NCBI RefSeq assembly: GCF_030936135.1 | Contig: NC_082627.1 | Span: 269,172-333,171, forward strand | Length of the DNA: 64,000 nucleotides | Direction: 5' to 3' | Origin: Gavia stellata | Taxonomy: Eukaryota | Part shown: piece after piece, positions 60,547 to 64,000 of the stretch | How the letters are laid out: each line of letters opens with the position of its first letter | Numbering within the stretch: position 1 is the stretch's first letter | Position numbers and translations under genes: made by a program | Notes under the pieces: generated by a model | The model's input: the letters and a program-made list of their open reading frames with translations, nothing else | Databases searched by the model: none | Told to the model about the DNA's origin: nothing

Positions 60547-63500
60547 GGCATGGGAGCCTATACATGGAGGAAAAGATATCAATGAGTAAGGACTGATTTC
60601 TCTGAGCAAAATCTATTCCATTTCTTGTAGAAACCCCCAAACCACCTGTCCCTAATCAAGAAGACGTTTGGCAGGTCCCTTTTGTGAGCTCTGGTTGGTG
60701 CTGGCTGAGGGTGTCCCTGGCAGCAGTGCACTCTGCGGTGGGCTCTGGGGGAGCCAGCGCTTCCCTACAGCGATAGGGAAATAGGAACACAGTGTCTATG
60801 GTTAAATCCACTTGTGATATCAAAGAGCTTTTCCCCACTGTCTCTCCCAAGGCACCCAACCCTGGAGCAGAGCTGTGAGGATTTTGTTTTGTTTATTCTG
60901 CTCTAGTGGCCCCACCACCCCCGAGGAGTGTTTTTAAGGCAGAAATCCTTGGCATTAGTACTGCCCTTCAGGTGAAACCTTGTGGGTCCTGAGAAGCAGA
61001 GGGGCCGTCCCTTAGTGCAGAGTGAGGACAGCCAGTCTGTCCATCAGCCCTGGTCTCAGCTGCCTTGTGCTGGCACCTCTTTGAGCTGGAGGACGATAGC
61101 ACTCAAGTGTTCTCCCCAAATGAAACTGGACGCTGCTGAGAGCAAAAGAAATGCAGTTTCCAAGTGCAGACCTCCAAACCCCTCACCCTGCCTCAGCGTA
61201 CCCAAGGAGGAGCTCAGCTCTCCCCTTCCAGCCAGGGGCACAGAGGGCTCACTGCCGCTGCCTGCGTGGAGCCACCCAGCAGCATTTCTGTGGCCTTAGT
61301 GCTGACTTGTCTTCTCCATGGGGCTCCTGCATAACACAGAGATGCCATGGGTGAGCTGTGCTTGTCTGGAGGGCACCCTGCAGCCCAGCAGGACCCCCAG
61401 GGAAAGAGTCAAATGTCCTAAAGATGGGACATCCAAAAGGAGCATTGGCTCTCTCCCAGCCCTGCAAAATGCATTTCCACAGGCTGTGCTACATCTACAT
61501 GGGGGAAGAGACCTGATGGGGGGTGGTGTGTGCTCCAGGGGAGGTTTCTGCACTGCAGGGGATGGCAGGGAGGTACCCAGTTCCCCCTCCCACAGTGTTT
61601 CTGAGAGTAGCTCCCTCTCCCTCCCTGCCCATGTCTCTGCTGCCTGGAGCTCTCCCTGCCAGGAGCTATTTCCCTGTCCCCATGTGTCTGCTCCCTGCCA
61701 GTGCTCAGAGACCCCAATGCACCCGCTGTGTGCTCAGCTCTGCCCTGCAGACACCTCCTGGCAGCAGGGCACTGCCCAGGGGCATGTCTGTCTGTGCAGA
61801 AGCTAAGGCGCAGCTCAAACAAGTCCCACAGACATCACCAAGGTGATGCTCTCGTGCTGTCTGTAGGCTGAGCAGTGCCTTAGGGGACTAGATGAGGTTC
61901 CTTGCAGACCTAGCCATCTCTCAGGGCAATGATCCTGGAGTCTCGGTGTCTTGTCCAAATTCAACACCTCCATTACTCTTTCCCTGCCCTCTCTCCTCTC
62001 CCTCAGTGCAGGACATGAACTGGGGGTCGGCAAAGCAACTTTGTCTCAAAGAGCACCTTCATTGACTTTCCTACGGCAGTCTCCTCTGGAAATAGCCCCT
62101 TGGTGAGCTCGACCTGGGATCTCTCAGTGTAACAGTTAAGGTGTCTCAGAGGGTTGTCCACACCTGACAGATCCATTCCATTCCCACCCATCCAACTAGT
62201 ATAACCTTTAACGCAAAGACTCAGGAATGCACAAACTGAAGCAGGAAAGCCTTGCCTTGACTGTCGTCTTTGAAAGATCCTCTCCAGAAATGTGCTGGGG
62301 GTGATGTGGAGCTGTGAGCAGCCCAGACACACACGGCACCCTCTCAACAGCAGAAGGACCCCCCCTGGCTAGTGGTCACTTCTTCCATCCTGAGCTTCTC
62401 CCCGCAGTGCCCTGGGGAGCTCCCTGGGCAGGCTGAGTGCTGACCCTGGCAGGCAGCAGAGTCCCTGCCCCGGCTCACAGTGCCCTGGGGTGCAGGGACC
62501 CTGCTCTGAAGGACAGCCCTGGGCACCCCTGGATGCACACCCACCTTTACACCCCTGCAGCCATCCCCGGGAGAAGGCAGCCATCGTGCCCTGTCCCTCT
62601 GAGAGTGCAGGGAGGAATCCCTGCTGTGGAGCACATCCTTCTCCTCTATACTAGGGAATCTGTGAGAGTCCTCCGGGAAGTTCCTACAGGCTATGGGATG
62701 AACCAGGTCTAGGAGACCCCTGCAGAATACTCATTATTATTGCCCTGCAGCTCAGAGACTTACCATATAGAGGGCTGTGAGGATTTCTCTTCCAGTGAAC
62801 TCTCAGCTGTCGTCCCACTCCACACTGCCTTTAAGCTCTCTCTGCCTCGCTCCTTTCCCCTCGGTGCTTACAGGCAGTGCCCTCAGCCCTGCTGCGCTTT
62901 GAAGAAAAGCTGCTCCTGGGCAGAGCTGTCTCTCTGCAGCACTGCCCACTTGCCATCAGCTCCCTCCCTCCATTCCAGGAGCCCAGCCCAGCTCAGCAGC
63001 AGAGGACCAGCCCAAGGCAGCACTTTCTCTGCCCCCTCTGGGCTCCCTCCAGGTGTCCCTGGGGCTCCAGGGGAACCTGCTGTGAAACAGGCTGAAAGAA
63101 TCACTGCTGTTCCCTTCCTCAGCTGGGGAGAGATGCTTCTTCCCAGCACTGTATTTTTCCTGCTCAGAGACAGAGTTCAGTCTAAATATCACCTTTCCTT
63201 GTCCCATCAGTAGGCAGAATACCCAGTGAGTGTGAGGGATCTCATTTACCACTTGTGAGGGAAGAGATTCAGCTGAGGCAATCGAGGCATCTTATTCTGG
63301 GTTTGTAGCTTTTTTGCCTGGAAGGGGTCTCAGCTCCCTCCCATGACTGGCACAAACCCACAGGAGGATGGATTTCTCTTGCCTCTCTTCAGGTGTGCAA
63401 AAATGGACATTTGCATGGGAGCTTTTTGTCTCAGCTCCCCTGCTAATTAATGGAGATGGAGGGCAGGAGTGAGTGCTTCACATGCAAATACCTGGTGGCA

Positions 63501-63892
63501 TTTGAGGTGCCAGAGGTGGCCCAAGGAAACTGCAAGCCCTAGTGGAGCAATTCTCATGGACAGGGCAGTGTCCATCTTGGAGGCCATTGGGAAATGCCTT
63601 TGGCCAACTGAAATGACAGCAAATGGCCACATTTAGGAGAATGAAACTTGTCCCCACTCAGTATGGACAGGGCAGCATATAGAGGTATTTGTCTGCCCCA
63701 GTGGAGTTATTTTGCACCAGGAGAGCTAAGTTCCTCTCTTTCTCTTCTCCATCACCTATATGTATTAGATCACATTTGACTATGGTGTCTCATGGTCTCC
63801 TGCCAGGGCTGCACAGCCCAGGCCCTCTTCCATCTGGATTCAGTGTCAGCAGGGTTTGCTCGCTCTCTGGGCAGCTCATGTCATCTTTCTCA

Positions 63893-63935
63893 TCATCTAC
63901 ATCTACATCTACATCTACCTCTCATATCATCTTTT
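63893..63935. repeat. (CATCTA)n hexanucleotide microsatellite, about 5 units
   Basis: Direct reading. Confidence 0.8.
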
Positions 63936-64000
63936 ACGCTGCCATCTGCAATCCATTCCAAGCACATCTGTGCCATGTAGCAAAGCCTTTACCTATATGG

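Noticed and set aside
1-64000. A prokaryotic-style novel system (operon, defence island, secretion system)
   Set aside because: There are no operonic gene arrays and no prokaryotic promoter or RBS logic. The window is avian nuclear DNA dominated by interspersed repeats, so the novelty here is eukaryotic locus architecture.

Overview
This window reads as avian (chicken-like) nuclear DNA from an olfactory-receptor (OR) gene cluster, not a prokaryotic locus. I see no operons, CRISPR arrays or defence islands, so the prokaryote-style six-frame ORF track is mostly noise here. The track's leading M residues are often alternative start codons rather than ATG.

What I can support from the sequence:
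- Two intact single-exon OR genes on the minus strand (36291-37229 and 59557-60546). The second looks like the bird-expanded OR14 (gamma-c) type.
- A disrupted NLRP3-like (NACHT-LRR) gene on the minus strand. The NACHT exon at ~14700-15833 has a clean splice acceptor but several in-frame stops. LRR exon remnants lie at ~9230-9400, ~10131-10300 and 11493-11559 / 12443-12526. The last of these is split by a CR1 LINE insertion.
- A well-folding tRNA-Phe(GAA) gene on the minus strand (47320-47392) with a T4 Pol III terminator, plus a decayed paralogue about 4.3 kb away with duplicated flanks.
- At least nine CR1 non-LTR retrotransposon fragments. One is unusually 3'-truncated and keeps the ORF1 esterase and ORF2 endonuclease (53690-55925). 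A 5'-truncated CR1 tail in antisense orientation abuts it at 55926.
- A 620-bp TG...CA element resembling a solo LTR: three full copies with 5-6 bp target-site duplications (TSDs) and two partial copies.
- A short endogenous-retrovirus (ERV) RNase H fragment.
- A ~3.5 kb 29-bp satellite whose orientation flips (31100-33480 forward, 33700-34560 inverted).
- A ~1 kb low-copy duplication (5290-6250 vs 22650-24010).
- An orphan CpG island (1560-2110) next to a 25-bp tandem repeat.
- Several microsatellites, including a 280-bp all-purine tract just downstream of an OR gene.

The most interesting biology is the NLRP3-like gene relic sitting in an OR cluster, which echoes the mammalian NLRP3-OR2/OR14 neighbourhood, and the CR1 insertion that split one of its LRR exons. 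Everything here is inferred by eye from motifs and remembered family consensus; I ran no database searches.
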